Positions 9,652-19,570 of a stretch of DNA of 64,000 nt are shown one piece after another. The notes beneath the pieces were generated by a model. It searched no databases. It had not been told where the DNA came from and was given only the letters and a program-made list of their open reading frames with translations. The position numbers and the translations under genes were made by a program. The number at the start of each line of letters is the position of its first letter. Within the stretch, counting starts at the first letter, position 1. Source of the stretch: a virus; the IMG/VR virus record IMGVR_UViG_3300025141_013870, positions 32,001 through 96,000 of that record. One strand, 5' to 3'.

Positions 9652-12600
9652 AGGACTTCCTTAGCGACCAGGGATATGTCACAACAGTTGATCGAATCGG
9701 TATAACAATCGACGCTGAGGATATGGGTCCAGCCGACCAATTCAACGAGGGAGACGATCTTGGTGTTGATCCCGCTACAGGGCAGGAGCTCTTAGGCCTA
9801 AATCCAGAGACGACTGGCGGTCTAATAGGAGACTTCCTTAAGTACATCGTAGACCTAACTGACAATGCATATAAGCTAAAAGGAGGAAACACGCTCGCAA
9901 TAAAGCTTGGAAAGGAACTTGAGGGAGCTGATCAACAAGGTGCAGAGGACGTATTCGTCAAGACGTCGGAGTCAGAGAGAAACACTCTCGGATCCGTGAT
10001 GGCCTCGTACTCAAATGGGTATTTCCCTCCCCAGGATCTTCAAAATATAATCAGCAAAGATAGCTCAAATCCCGAAGCAAGCGGAAAGCACACACAGGAG
10101 CTTCTGTCGAATATTGAGGGATCTACCAGTCTCCCAGGGACTGGTCGTACATATGGAGGAAATGCTGGGACAGATGGTCAGGGAGCACCGTTCGCTAAGC
10201 TTTCTGCACAAACAATGCTTATCAATAATAGCAGATTTTCTCCAGGACTATCTGACGGCGAGCAGGGAGCTGCATATGTTCCAGCATATGATTCAAATGT
10301 ATCTCAGTTTGAGTCTGGTGAAGATAAAAGGGGAACCACGACAGAGCAGAGCGGATATGGCGGATACGACAAAGATGCGCAGGCTGTAATTCTTGATGAT
10401 CTTAAGGATGTGGGAAAGTCTCTTCTCTTGAGATCTGCAAACTGGGACAAGGGAGAGGTCGCACAAGATCCTAGCACATTTACATATGATGATACATCAA
10501 ACATATACGAGGCTGGCGATTTCTCTGTGGGCAACAACCAGGCAAAAATCCGTCGCGGGCAGCTTAGAGCAAAAGAAGCGTATGGCGCACCCGATACAAC
10601 TCTTACTGGTGAGAACTACGTCACACTAGATCCAAGCGAGTCATCCAGGTCATTTGGATCCATGACGACAGATGGAGTAATGTTCAATAGCGAGACCAAT
10701 AAGACTATATTGATCGCCCAGGCTGCAGCAGCAATAGCGGCTATGATAACCATATGCAAGGAAACCTGGGATCTAATTGATACGGGTGTCAACTCAATGG
10801 TCAATCTTGAGAGAGGTCCGTATTTTAAAGGCCAGCCAACAGCAATTCCAAAGAAAGCAAAATTCGCTCTTCTTAGAAATATGGCTCTTGTGCCAACTAA
10901 AAATCCATACACAGACTGTGTTGATGTGGGATTTAAGGTGTTGTTTGACACAGGGATATCAAGCCCAGACGCAGATAAGTCTGCAAAATATCAGCAGGTG
11001 GTAGAAGCTCCGGGATTTTGGTTTGGCGTAGCTAGAAAGATTCTTAGAGGGTTTGTCGGGCTGAGCTCTGGGGGTGATGAGCTGGCACAGACTTTTGTCT
11101 CAACAAGCACAGCATCGGGCGGAATGTCAACAATTCTTCACCAGCTTCAAAATAATGACATTATAAGGATCATGAATGTTGCAGCGATGATAGGGGATGT
11201 ATCAATAACGATTGGTGGAAAGATCGGTGTTCCATCTGGAGGTGATGAGATCGGACCCTGGAATATTGATAGGCTTCCTGACGGACCGGCAACAATCATA
11301 TCAAAGAGTAGAACACAAAAGGGAATGACATCCAGTGCTCTGGCGTGGAGAGGAAACTCAGTTCCAGCTCTATATATGATACCTCGAAATGTTATGATAG
11401 CGGCTATACAGATGGGAACGCTAGCTAACGGTTCGAATCCTCTAAAAGGAATGCTGGGGTCTACACTTGCTAAAAATACGTATATAGACGTTTCCGGTGA
11501 GGGTCCTGCAGCTAGAATTCCAGGAGACGTTGTTGAGAGATTCGAGAATCTATTGGATTCTGAGTACGTTCCATTTTACTTTCACGACTTGAGAACAAAT
11601 GAGATAGTGACATTCCACGCGTTCTTAGATAGTCTGTCTGATAGCTTTAACGCGGAATATACCGAGGCTTCAGGTTATGGAAGAATTGATTCTGTTAAGA
11701 TATACAGGGCGACGACTAGAAAGATAAGATTCACCTTTAACGTAGCTGCCACGTCAAAGGAAGATTTCAATGAGATGTGGTGGAAGATAAACAAGCTGAC
11801 AACTCTTGTCTATCCATCGTGGACAGAGGGAACAAAGCTATCAACAAATGAGGGGAAGTCCACATTCATTCAGCCCTTTAGTCAGGTACTTGGCGCGTCA
11901 CCTGTTATTCGACTGAGAATAGGTGACGTCATCAAGTCCAACTTTTCAAATTTCAATTTAGCGAGGATATTTGGAATAGGAAACTCCGGAATATGGCCGA
12001 CTATAGACGAGTATGGATTTACGGATATGCTCTCTCAGACGATGACAATGTTACAGTTTGAGTCTATATTTGCTCTCTTATACGGGTCTCCTATGGCGAC
12101 GCTTTTAGGAGGTGCTGATAGGGCTATACGTGCGGTTGGAGCTCAGCTTTTAAAGAATGGTTTCGCCAATCCTCTTGGCCTTTTAATTCTTATGCGTGAG
12201 CTCTCCGACCCTGACTCTGATATCAATCCCACACCCATGAGCATAACTGCAGCTGGTGCTCTAGGGGGAGTCTTCGGAGGAGAGGGGACAAATAACATTA
12301 GGGGATACACAGTTCTATCATTCCCATACCTTAAAGCAAGCATAAATGATGGCTACGTAATGGAGAAGGATGGAATAACAAAGTGGAGAATAACTAGACC
12401 AATTAGAGTTATGGTTCTTAAGAGGGATCAAGTCATACTTGTAGATGGTCCTGGAAGAGAGTCCTGGAAAAACTGGTCTTCACTACGTTCAGCCGGATCA
12501 TCAGTTCAAAAGACTCAGTACACTGTGATGATCATGGATTTCAATGCTCCGGCTAGCATATTCGGAAGAAAGTTTATTGTCGGTCACTCTGATCTCATGC

Positions 12601-13115
12601 CAAATCCAGATACACTATTCAACACATATGTTCTACCTGCTATATCACTAGCTGGTCTTTTAGATGCGCTAGTCCAGGGATTGGCTAACGAGGTTGCAAC
12701 AGTTACAGGTATCCCTGCAGACACACTTGATGTCTTTGTCTCAAAGCAGGCTGAGTTCATGCACCCTGACAATAACCCGTTAGCTAAGTCGTTTGAATCA
12801 ACAGCAGGTAGAGGGCTTGCCGGAGTGATAAGAGCCATAAACTATGAGTGGCTAGATGGCTCTAATGTCTGGGAAATAGATTGGAATTCTAGAGCTCCTA
12901 AATTTTTCAAGGTAAGCATTGATTTTGATCCAATTCACGACATTCCGCCAGGGCTCGACTACTCTGGATACAACAGAGCCCCGCTCTACAATGTTGGAGA
13001 TACTATGCAGAAGATAGCTGGAGATCCCTACCGCGATGAGGGTCGGGCATCTCACGATAGCTATAAGAATCAAGGCAGGCTGGCAGCACAGTCTAACAAC
13101 CCAGATGAGGATTAA
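9630..13115 (+). CDS. Large baseplate / tail-tube-initiator-like protein
   Basis: Contains YVPFYFHDLRTNEIVTFHAFLDSLSDSF...GYGRIDSVKIYRATTRKIRFTF...INKLTTLVYP, a tube-fold segment typical of gp48/gp54-like proteins; position after tape measure. Confidence 0.6.
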   Translation: MATRQKLKDFLSDQGYVTTVDRIGITIDAEDMGPADQFNEGDDLGVDPATGQELLGLNPETTGGLIGDFLKYIVDLTDNAYKLKGGNTLAIKLGKELEGADQQGAEDVFVKTSESERNTLGSVMASYSNGYFPPQDLQNIISKDSSNPEASGKHTQELLSNIEGSTSLPGTGRTYGGNAGTDGQGAPFAKLSAQTMLINNSRFSPGLSDGEQGAAYVPAYDSNVSQFESGEDKRGTTTEQSGYGGYDKDAQAVILDDLKDVGKSLLLRSANWDKGEVAQDPSTFTYDDTSNIYEAGDFSVGNNQAKIRRGQLRAKEAYGAPDTTLTGENYVTLDPSESSRSFGSMTTDGVMFNSETNKTILIAQAAAAIAAMITICKETWDLIDTGVNSMVNLERGPYFKGQPTAIPKKAKFALLRNMALVPTKNPYTDCVDVGFKVLFDTGISSPDADKSAKYQQVVEAPGFWFGVARKILRGFVGLSSGGDELAQTFVSTSTASGGMSTILHQLQNNDIIRIMNVAAMIGDVSITIGGKIGVPSGGDEIGPWNIDRLPDGPATIISKSRTQKGMTSSALAWRGNSVPALYMIPRNVMIAAIQMGTLANGSNPLKGMLGSTLAKNTYIDVSGEGPAARIPGDVVERFENLLDSEYVPFYFHDLRTNEIVTFHAFLDSLSDSFNAEYTEASGYGRIDSVKIYRATTRKIRFTFNVAATSKEDFNEMWWKINKLTTLVYPSWTEGTKLSTNEGKSTFIQPFSQVLGASPVIRLRIGDVIKSNFSNFNLARIFGIGNSGIWPTIDEYGFTDMLSQTMTMLQFESIFALLYGSPMATLLGGADRAIRAVGAQLLKNGFANPLGLLILMRELSDPDSDINPTPMSITAAGALGGVFGGEGTNNIRGYTVLSFPYLKASINDGYVMEKDGITKWRITRPIRVMVLKRDQVILVDGPGRESWKNWSSLRSAGSSVQKTQYTVMIMDFNAPASIFGRKFIVGHSDLMPNPDTLFNTYVLPAISLAGLLDALVQGLANEVATVTGIPADTLDVFVSKQAEFMHPDNNPLAKSFESTAGRGLAGVIRAINYEWLDGSNVWEIDWNSRAPKFFKVSIDFDPIHDIPPGLDYSGYNRAPLYNVGDTMQKIAGDPYRDEGRASHDSYKNQGRLAAQSNNPDED

Positions 13116-13130
13116 TGATAGGAGGTTTAT

Positions 13131-13427
13131 ATGGCACTAAGTAGATATGCATTTACGCCGAGGGTGAGCGGAAGAACGAGAATCGCTACATCTGCTGTGG
13201 GTGCTAGAATATATAACGCAGTCGCAAATGGAAATGTTTCATTCTCTTCGCACATCCTTAAGGGTGGAGAGAGAATTGAGCACATAGCTGGACAGGCATA
13301 TGGTTCTGCAAGCTATTGGTGGGTCATAGCAGCTGCATCTGGGATAGGATGGTCTCTACAGGCTCCTCCTGGCACAATTCTAAGAGTTCCAAAAAGACTT
13401 GGTGAAGTCTTGGCACTTATACGATAA
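13131..13427 (+). CDS. LysM-like baseplate wedge protein (gp53/gpX-like)
   Basis: GERIEHIAGQAYGSASYWWVIAAASGIGW...PGTILRVP is the LysM-like baseplate pattern; GGAGG RBS. Confidence 0.8.
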   Translation: MALSRYAFTPRVSGRTRIATSAVGARIYNAVANGNVSFSSHILKGGERIEHIAGQAYGSASYWWVIAAASGIGWSLQAPPGTILRVPKRLGEVLALIR

Positions 13428-13449
13428 AACGTGATAATATAGGATAGAC

Positions 13450-16400
13450 ATGGCAGACGTACCAGTAAGCACCGTAGATCTAGAGATAGCAGCATCTAAC
13501 AATCTTGCTGCAGCGATGCGCTTGCTCAGACAATATTACACCATGACGGGAAGACGCGACCTAACAGAGACACCCGCAAATCTAGAGCTGTCAATTAGAC
13601 AGGGGCAGAGAGAGCCCGACCCTGCAGATGAGCCAGCAGGAGAGACAATAACTCCAGTTGTTCCAGCCGGGGTTGTCGAGGATTTAATGTTTCTTCTTAT
13701 GGACAATACTGAAGGTGCTTATTTCACTAGAGATCTCATACTCACACAGGAGATGCGTTCAAAATTTACGTCAGAACCGGGAAAGGAGAATTATGCGGGA
13801 GTTGAGAACTATGTCCAGATATTTTACGAGCCCGTTGTTGGTGACGCTCCAGTGGGAGACATGGATTTTTATAGAGATACGACAAATTCTACGACACCGG
13901 CACCACCCGTTGTAGATCCTGATAATCCTCCTCCTGCTCCATCAGGAGCGCCTCTAAGCATAAAGGAGATGGTTGCTCACGGAGAGACTGCAACAAAATT
14001 CAATGTCAATGAAGACCCTCTAGTGTCTGATCGGTATGTCCAACCAACACTCTCAGCGTTTGTGTTTCCTAATCACAGGCTATCCCCCTCCACCCGAGCT
14101 GCTGGTGCAGTGTCACTATTTGTTAATGCAATACCAAGCGTTGAGATGTCTAGATGTGTTCCTCACATAAAGGTCACATTTATCTCTGCTGTTCCGTATG
14201 GTGTGGGACAAAAACAGAGACAGATGGGAATCTTAAGATTTCTTGGAATGCATGGATCAGACGGAGAATACGATAAGATCAACATGAGAAATTCCAGACC
14301 AGAGAGAGCTGGAAAGACTGGAACCACACTAGAGGAATATGTGGATAGGGTGATGGATGCAATAATGCCAGGAGATGATATCATCACGCTGTCTGATCAG
14401 ATCACAGCTGCTGGAATGGAGCTCTTTGCATCTCCGCAGACTATGGTCAATGCCAATATAAACAATGAGGAAGGCGCATTCAGCGGAGCATCTGGAACCG
14501 TTCTTGATCCATTTCTACCGTTAATGACGCTAGAGAAACTAAGCATTAGAGTGGCAGGTCTTGGATCTGCATTGCACTCTAACAAGACAGGGAATCTTAG
14601 TTTTGTTCTTCACGATAGATCGAGAATGGCAGACATAGCACCCCTTCTAGCTGTTGATGCCTTCTCACAGACACACCTTGTTATCGAGTGGGGGTGGAAT
14701 CATCCAGACGGAATGGTTGCCACAGGCAATGCGTATGGATCACTGCTTAACTCAATGAAATCAGTAGGGGCATTTAACATAGTTGCATCTAATTTCACAA
14801 TAGGCAATGATGGACAGGTGAGAGTTGACATGCAGCTTGCATCAAGAGGGTCTAGTGAGATACAGGTGTTCCCAATAGCCACGGGTGCTCTCATGCCAAT
14901 CACTCCGTTTAAAAGCATGCTAACGTCTTACCTTGCAAAGAAGCTAGAGAAGATAAATGCTGAGGCGGCTGGAACGGGATCTTCTGAAGCTGAAAAGACA
15001 AAGCTAGCTGAGATAAGATCAAGCCTGACTCTCACAATGAACAATGCATCCTCACCATCAACAGTTATAGGAAGAGATAAATTTTTAAAATTTCTTAATA
15101 TTTTAAACCCTCCTCCTGATACAGAGATAGTTCCCACAGAGCTGACAGAGCTTCTCGCAGAGCTTGTGGGAGATCCCGGAAAGTCTGCGGGTTTGATATC
15201 CACTAGCAACCAGAGCCTAACTGCAGAGGTCAGCAAGAAGACGAGTGATATGATGCTCACTCTTGATCCATTCTACCCAGCTGTGATTAATAAGCACATA
15301 GGTGAATCTATGAAGAAGGGGACTGAGAAGGATTACATATCTCTTGGAAAAATCCTCATGACATTTGTTGGTGCACCTTTAGCTGGATCTTCTAGATTCG
15401 ATGAGGTTCAGATGATGTTTTATAGGTTTAATCTCAATTCTGGATCAGCTAGCAAGCTAGATTCAGTAGCTAGCTTTCTAGTAAGTAAGACTGACTTTGA
15501 TATTACCATGCAGGATCTAGCTGTTGAGAATCCATCTCTATCAATTCAGGGATTCATAAACACAATAAATCAGCTTATCATAAGTGTCCCGTCAGACGTA
15601 AATTATGGACTAACATCACTTTCAAATGAGCTATCTGCTTTAGATAAGAAATCTGCAGAAGAGAATAAAAATCCAACGGAGGTTGTAAAGACAGACCTTC
15701 AGCAGCAGACCCAAGAGCTGAACGATAAGGTTGAGGCACGGCTCAAGGCCATCTACATGGATGGCCCACCTGTAGAGCCAACGTTTAGATTGCCAAAGCT
15801 ATCAATGCTATTTGAGGCAGTTCCAGCATTTGTCCCTTCTGATCCGCCTGATGAAAAACCACAGTTTGAGATAGACAATAGCAAGGTAATACTAAGGGTT
15901 CACCTATTTGATCAGAATGCGTCTCCTCACACAAATGAGATGTTTCTCATAAATTGCATGAATGATAGCGACCTTGCTATTCACTTTAAGACAGCAAGTG
16001 ATACAACAACAGCTGAGGCTGTGACGGGAGAGGGAAATACAAAGGGCGGCGGCGAGTCAGGTGAGGTTGATACCCAAACAGAGGCTGGAAATCTCAATGC
16101 TCTTGAAGGTGACGACTATCTGGTATACACGTCAAATATTCCAAATACTGAGATAAAGAGGGTGATAAAAAATACTGTGCCAAGTCTGACATATGGAATG
16201 GGATGGTCAGCGTTAACAAATTTTAGCATGAGATCAACAACAGGAGGAGCAGTTGGTACAGCTATGCTTGTTAGCGCTGTGAAAAACAAACCTTCAAAAC
16301 CCGGAGAGTCAAAAGGAGCTACGAATAGTCTTGAAGATATTACAGTTATTCCTGCAAATGCTACCATGTCTCTTTTAGGCTGCCCTCTATTTGAGTACGG

Positions 16401-16614
16401 ACAGCAATTCTTTATAGACCTTGGAACTGGGACAACAGCTGATAATATGTATCGCGTTATAGGTATCGAGCACAGTCTATCTCAAGGTGAGTTCACCACA
16501 AATATAACGCTAGGGTTTAATGGAACGGGAACCATGAAGGTGTTTAGAAGCATAATAGCAGCAGCCATGCCCGCACTTGAGGCAGATGTCACTGAGGAAG
16601 AGTCAGAAACTTGA
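13450..16614 (+). CDS. Baseplate hub protein (gp27/gpD-like) with insertions
   Basis: LVIEWGW segment and C-terminal MSLLGCPLFEYGQQFFID...YRVIGIEHSLSQGEFTTNITL typical of hub proteins; follows the LysM gene. Confidence 0.65.
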   Translation: MADVPVSTVDLEIAASNNLAAAMRLLRQYYTMTGRRDLTETPANLELSIRQGQREPDPADEPAGETITPVVPAGVVEDLMFLLMDNTEGAYFTRDLILTQEMRSKFTSEPGKENYAGVENYVQIFYEPVVGDAPVGDMDFYRDTTNSTTPAPPVVDPDNPPPAPSGAPLSIKEMVAHGETATKFNVNEDPLVSDRYVQPTLSAFVFPNHRLSPSTRAAGAVSLFVNAIPSVEMSRCVPHIKVTFISAVPYGVGQKQRQMGILRFLGMHGSDGEYDKINMRNSRPERAGKTGTTLEEYVDRVMDAIMPGDDIITLSDQITAAGMELFASPQTMVNANINNEEGAFSGASGTVLDPFLPLMTLEKLSIRVAGLGSALHSNKTGNLSFVLHDRSRMADIAPLLAVDAFSQTHLVIEWGWNHPDGMVATGNAYGSLLNSMKSVGAFNIVASNFTIGNDGQVRVDMQLASRGSSEIQVFPIATGALMPITPFKSMLTSYLAKKLEKINAEAAGTGSSEAEKTKLAEIRSSLTLTMNNASSPSTVIGRDKFLKFLNILNPPPDTEIVPTELTELLAELVGDPGKSAGLISTSNQSLTAEVSKKTSDMMLTLDPFYPAVINKHIGESMKKGTEKDYISLGKILMTFVGAPLAGSSRFDEVQMMFYRFNLNSGSASKLDSVASFLVSKTDFDITMQDLAVENPSLSIQGFINTINQLIISVPSDVNYGLTSLSNELSALDKKSAEENKNPTEVVKTDLQQQTQELNDKVEARLKAIYMDGPPVEPTFRLPKLSMLFEAVPAFVPSDPPDEKPQFEIDNSKVILRVHLFDQNASPHTNEMFLINCMNDSDLAIHFKTASDTTTAEAVTGEGNTKGGGESGEVDTQTEAGNLNALEGDDYLVYTSNIPNTEIKRVIKNTVPSLTYGMGWSALTNFSMRSTTGGAVGTAMLVSAVKNKPSKPGESKGATNSLEDITVIPANATMSLLGCPLFEYGQQFFIDLGTGTTADNMYRVIGIEHSLSQGEFTTNITLGFNGTGTMKVFRSIIAAAMPALEADVTEEESET

Positions 16615-16653
16615 AAAGTGATACAATTGTCATTATGGCAATATACTTTCATT

Positions 16654-17844
16654 ATGCACATTGTAGTATCTAAAAATACACTTGGAACTGATGATAATCT
16701 TGTATATGATGGAAAAAACTTTCACTGGAGCAAGTCAGCTCCACTAGATTCATGGAAACTAGGGTTTGACGATGAGATTAAAGATATTTCAATTATTGCA
16801 TCTGCAATTGGTGAGTCACTTTTAACATTTGACTCGACACCCGGCGGCAAAGCTGCTCGGTTTGTGTATGGAGACGCAACAATACCGTGGGCGTATGTAT
16901 TGCCTCGAGATGTATTTCAAAAGCAGCTGATACGGCTTCTAGATCAGCTCTGGTTGATTCTTAATGATGAATCCAACGGTTACTATATGGATCAGTTTTT
17001 GATTAACAGAGAGGTTCTTATGTCACTTTCTCCTCCAAGGGTAGATCTAAGAAAAGCAAACAATATAATCAATCGTGATGATAGCCCAAAGGCCCTAGAG
17101 ATAGAAAGGTTTTTACCAATATCAGGAGAAATAGCGCCAAAGACGACGTATAGCCAGACTGGATCAGTGACAGGCAGATTAACTGTTAAATCTGGCCCAA
17201 ATATCCTTACACTTAAGAAGGAATATAGAAAAATATTAAAATCTAGATTCAAAGGCGGAAAGATAATTCAGATAGATATTTCATCTCTTGAGCCAAGGAT
17301 AGCGCTTGCTATCGCAGAAAAAGCAGCCCCTCTCGATATATACGACCATATAGGAAATACAGTTCTTGAGAAAAACCTTTCTAGAGATGAGGTAAAGATA
17401 GCTGTCTTTAACTGCATATATGGAGGATCTGAGTGGTCTCTTTCACAACGTCTCCCTAAATGTCTTGATGCCAAGTCAATCATGTCATCAATTATAAAAT
17501 ATTTTAAAATAGACAGCTTAAAGACAAAGCTAGAAAAAGAAGCAAACAGCAGCGGATTTATTGAAAACTTATACGGTAGACGAATTGATTCAAATAGTGC
17601 AGTTGTAAATCACTATCTACAATCCTCTGGAGTTGATGTATCTTTTAACGTTTTCTCACAATTAATTAAAAAAATTGCAGATAAAGATGTGGGATTTTAT
17701 CCCATTTATATCATTCATGATGCCATAGTTGCAGACATATCAAAAGACTCATACAGAGAAATCAAAGAGATCTGCTCAGAAGGCTTTAACATTGACAAAC
17801 TGGATTGTAAATTTCCAGTCAAAATTGAAATCATTAAGGAGTAA
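16654..17844 (+). CDS. Short family A DNA polymerase-like protein (polymerase domain only)
   Basis: TGRLT motif, motif A QIDISSLEPRI, motif B RDEVKIAVFNCIYG, motif C IIHDAI. No recognisable exonuclease domains. ATG at 16654 preferred over the listed GTG at 16618. Confidence 0.75.
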   Translation: MHIVVSKNTLGTDDNLVYDGKNFHWSKSAPLDSWKLGFDDEIKDISIIASAIGESLLTFDSTPGGKAARFVYGDATIPWAYVLPRDVFQKQLIRLLDQLWLILNDESNGYYMDQFLINREVLMSLSPPRVDLRKANNIINRDDSPKALEIERFLPISGEIAPKTTYSQTGSVTGRLTVKSGPNILTLKKEYRKILKSRFKGGKIIQIDISSLEPRIALAIAEKAAPLDIYDHIGNTVLEKNLSRDEVKIAVFNCIYGGSEWSLSQRLPKCLDAKSIMSSIIKYFKIDSLKTKLEKEANSSGFIENLYGRRIDSNSAVVNHYLQSSGVDVSFNVFSQLIKKIADKDVGFYPIYIIHDAIVADISKDSYREIKEICSEGFNIDKLDCKFPVKIEIIKE

Positions 17845-17846
17845 AA

Positions 17847-18428
17847 ATGTCAATATCTTTAGAAAAATTAGAAAAAAACTGGGAGACCTTTCAAAGTCTC
17901 ATAATAAAATCTTGTGGTGATTCGGGAGAGAAGCTTCTTAGTGAGCTTGGTGAAAGAATGATAATGTGTCCTTCATCTATGAAATTAGATCAGCACGGAG
18001 CATATCCCGGAGGAATGATCAAGCATGTTCTTGACGTGACAATGCAAATGAGAAATTTAAATGAGTCTGTTGGTCTATGCAAAGATCCTATGTCTATTCT
18101 TAAGGTAGGCCTTTTACATGATCTAGGGAAGGTAGGAGATGAAAGTTCTGACCTGTTTCTAGAGCAAGATTCAGAGTGGCATCGCGATAAACTGGGTCAG
18201 ATGTATAAGTACAACGAAAACCTTAGAAAGATGTCAATTTCTCATAGAACGCTATGTCTTCTTCAAAAATATGGCATACCTCTTTCACAAGACGAGTGGA
18301 TATCAATTCAGCTTTCGCAAGGGTCTCATTTTGAAGAAAATAGATTCTATGTAGGACATGAACCTTCACTTGGAATACTTTTACAGCAGTCTAAATCTCT
18401 AGTCATACACAAAGAAAAAAATCTATAA
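17847..18428 (+). CDS. HD-domain phosphohydrolase
   Basis: HGAYPGGMIKH and LLHDLGKVG motifs. Confidence 0.8.
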   Translation: MSISLEKLEKNWETFQSLIIKSCGDSGEKLLSELGERMIMCPSSMKLDQHGAYPGGMIKHVLDVTMQMRNLNESVGLCKDPMSILKVGLLHDLGKVGDESSDLFLEQDSEWHRDKLGQMYKYNENLRKMSISHRTLCLLQKYGIPLSQDEWISIQLSQGSHFEENRFYVGHEPSLGILLQQSKSLVIHKEKNL

Positions 18429-18473
18429 TAAGCACCGGTATGTAATTACTTTGTTCACATAGTTATTACTAAC

Positions 18474-19199
18474 ATGGCACGTTTAAAATCTAAACAATTT
18501 AAGAAAAAATATGCTACCACGATGGATAACATACCTGAAAAGGGTGTTTGGTCAGGTAGGGGAATTGGAATTCCTGCGGCTGGAGCCATCGGCGGCGGAG
18601 ATGACTATAAGCAAAAGATAGGAAGAGGAAAGCTACCTGACTTTAGAACTGGAAGACCCACGCAGGGTGCAGATTCTACATTTTCATCATATCTTGCAAG
18701 GGTGAATACTGGATATGATGACTATGATAAGTCTATTGAATATATGCCAATGTTTCCTGAGCAAGAACCTGAGTTAGAAGATACTTATTATGGAGATGAT
18801 GATGATATTTCTAGAAATAGAAAGCTTCCAAAAGATTTTAAGGTTTCAAGACCCAGGATAAAAGGACTTAAAGAGATGAGTTTTGATGATGAAAGTCTAG
18901 ATGAAATTATGGCATTCATTCAGGAATCTATATATCCTGACTATGAATCATACCACCCTCCTCTTCCAGCGGGATATGAATACAGAGGAGTTCCAACTGT
19001 AGTTTCTAAAGATTCTGAAAAAGATGATTTTGATGTGCTAGAGGATTATGGTGATACAGCTGTTTCTTATAAGGCAGACGGCGGAGTTACAACGTATCAA
19101 GATAGAAACAAGCTTGTCAAAGAGATGGCACTTAGAAGAATTATCAGAGAGGATATTGCAGCTATATTTGAATCGAGCACAAAAAAAAACAGGTACTAG
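18474..19199 (+). CDS. Hypothetical protein, probably virion-associated
   Basis: 241 aa ORF preceded by ATAGTTATT; C-terminal LRRIIREDI motif shared with other ORFs in the window. Confidence 0.6.
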   Translation: MARLKSKQFKKKYATTMDNIPEKGVWSGRGIGIPAAGAIGGGDDYKQKIGRGKLPDFRTGRPTQGADSTFSSYLARVNTGYDDYDKSIEYMPMFPEQEPELEDTYYGDDDDISRNRKLPKDFKVSRPRIKGLKEMSFDDESLDEIMAFIQESIYPDYESYHPPLPAGYEYRGVPTVVSKDSEKDDFDVLEDYGDTAVSYKADGGVTTYQDRNKLVKEMALRRIIREDIAAIFESSTKKNRY

Positions 19200-19468
19200 A
19201 TAGTATAGATGATAACGATGAAGACGAAAGAGAAGATGAGCAATCAACCCTCGCAGGAGGAAGCATCACAGGCTGGACAGGTCCGATGGGATCTGGTCCA
19301 AATTATACAAAGCTCGCTCAGCAAAATGCTAAATTTTTTGGCGGCGGGAGTCTCGTTAATCCAGGAGAACCTGCACGGATTGTTAAACGTGCAAAGGAAT
19401 TTGCAACCGGTGCGGCTGGATTCAAATCGAAAAAGAAAAGAATTAAAAAAAAGAAATCTAAGAAATAA
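19181..19468 (+). CDS. Open -1 frame continuing the 18474 gene (or a separate ORF from ATG 19286)
   Basis: Stop-free from 19172 to TAA 19466-19468; reads KKKQVLDSIDDNDEDEREDEQSTLAGGSITGWTGPMGSGP; entered through an A9 run. Confidence 0.5.
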   Translation, partial: KKKQVLDSIDDNDEDEREDEQSTLAGGSITGWTGPMGSGPNYTKLAQQNAKFFGGGSLVNPGEPARIVKRAKEFATGAAGFKSKKKRIKKKKSKK

Positions 19469-19471
19469 TTT

Positions 19472-19500
19472 TTGAACATTAGAATATAATAAGTTAAACT
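19472..19500 (+). promoter_or_regulatory. Sigma70-like promoter upstream of SSB
   Basis: TTGAAC-N17-TAAACT in an AT-rich intergenic gap. Confidence 0.5.
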
Positions 19501-19570
19501 TACCTGTGCTTGGTGCACAGAATAAAACAAATCAAATTGAACATTACAAACTAAAAAATTGGAGGTTAAG

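Noticed and set aside
2-16614. Interpretation as a bacterial eCIS/tailocin locus in a host chromosome
   Set aside because: The surrounding genes are phage-type (gp32-like SSB, gp41-like helicase, RNase H-like nuclease, endolysin), densely packed on one strand, with no ribosomal or other core cellular operons.
19209-19475. Listed 88 aa ORF MITMKTKEK...
   Set aside because: The overlapping frame (19181/19286-19468) gives a more protein-like sequence and connects to the slippery site; this frame shows no recognisable features.
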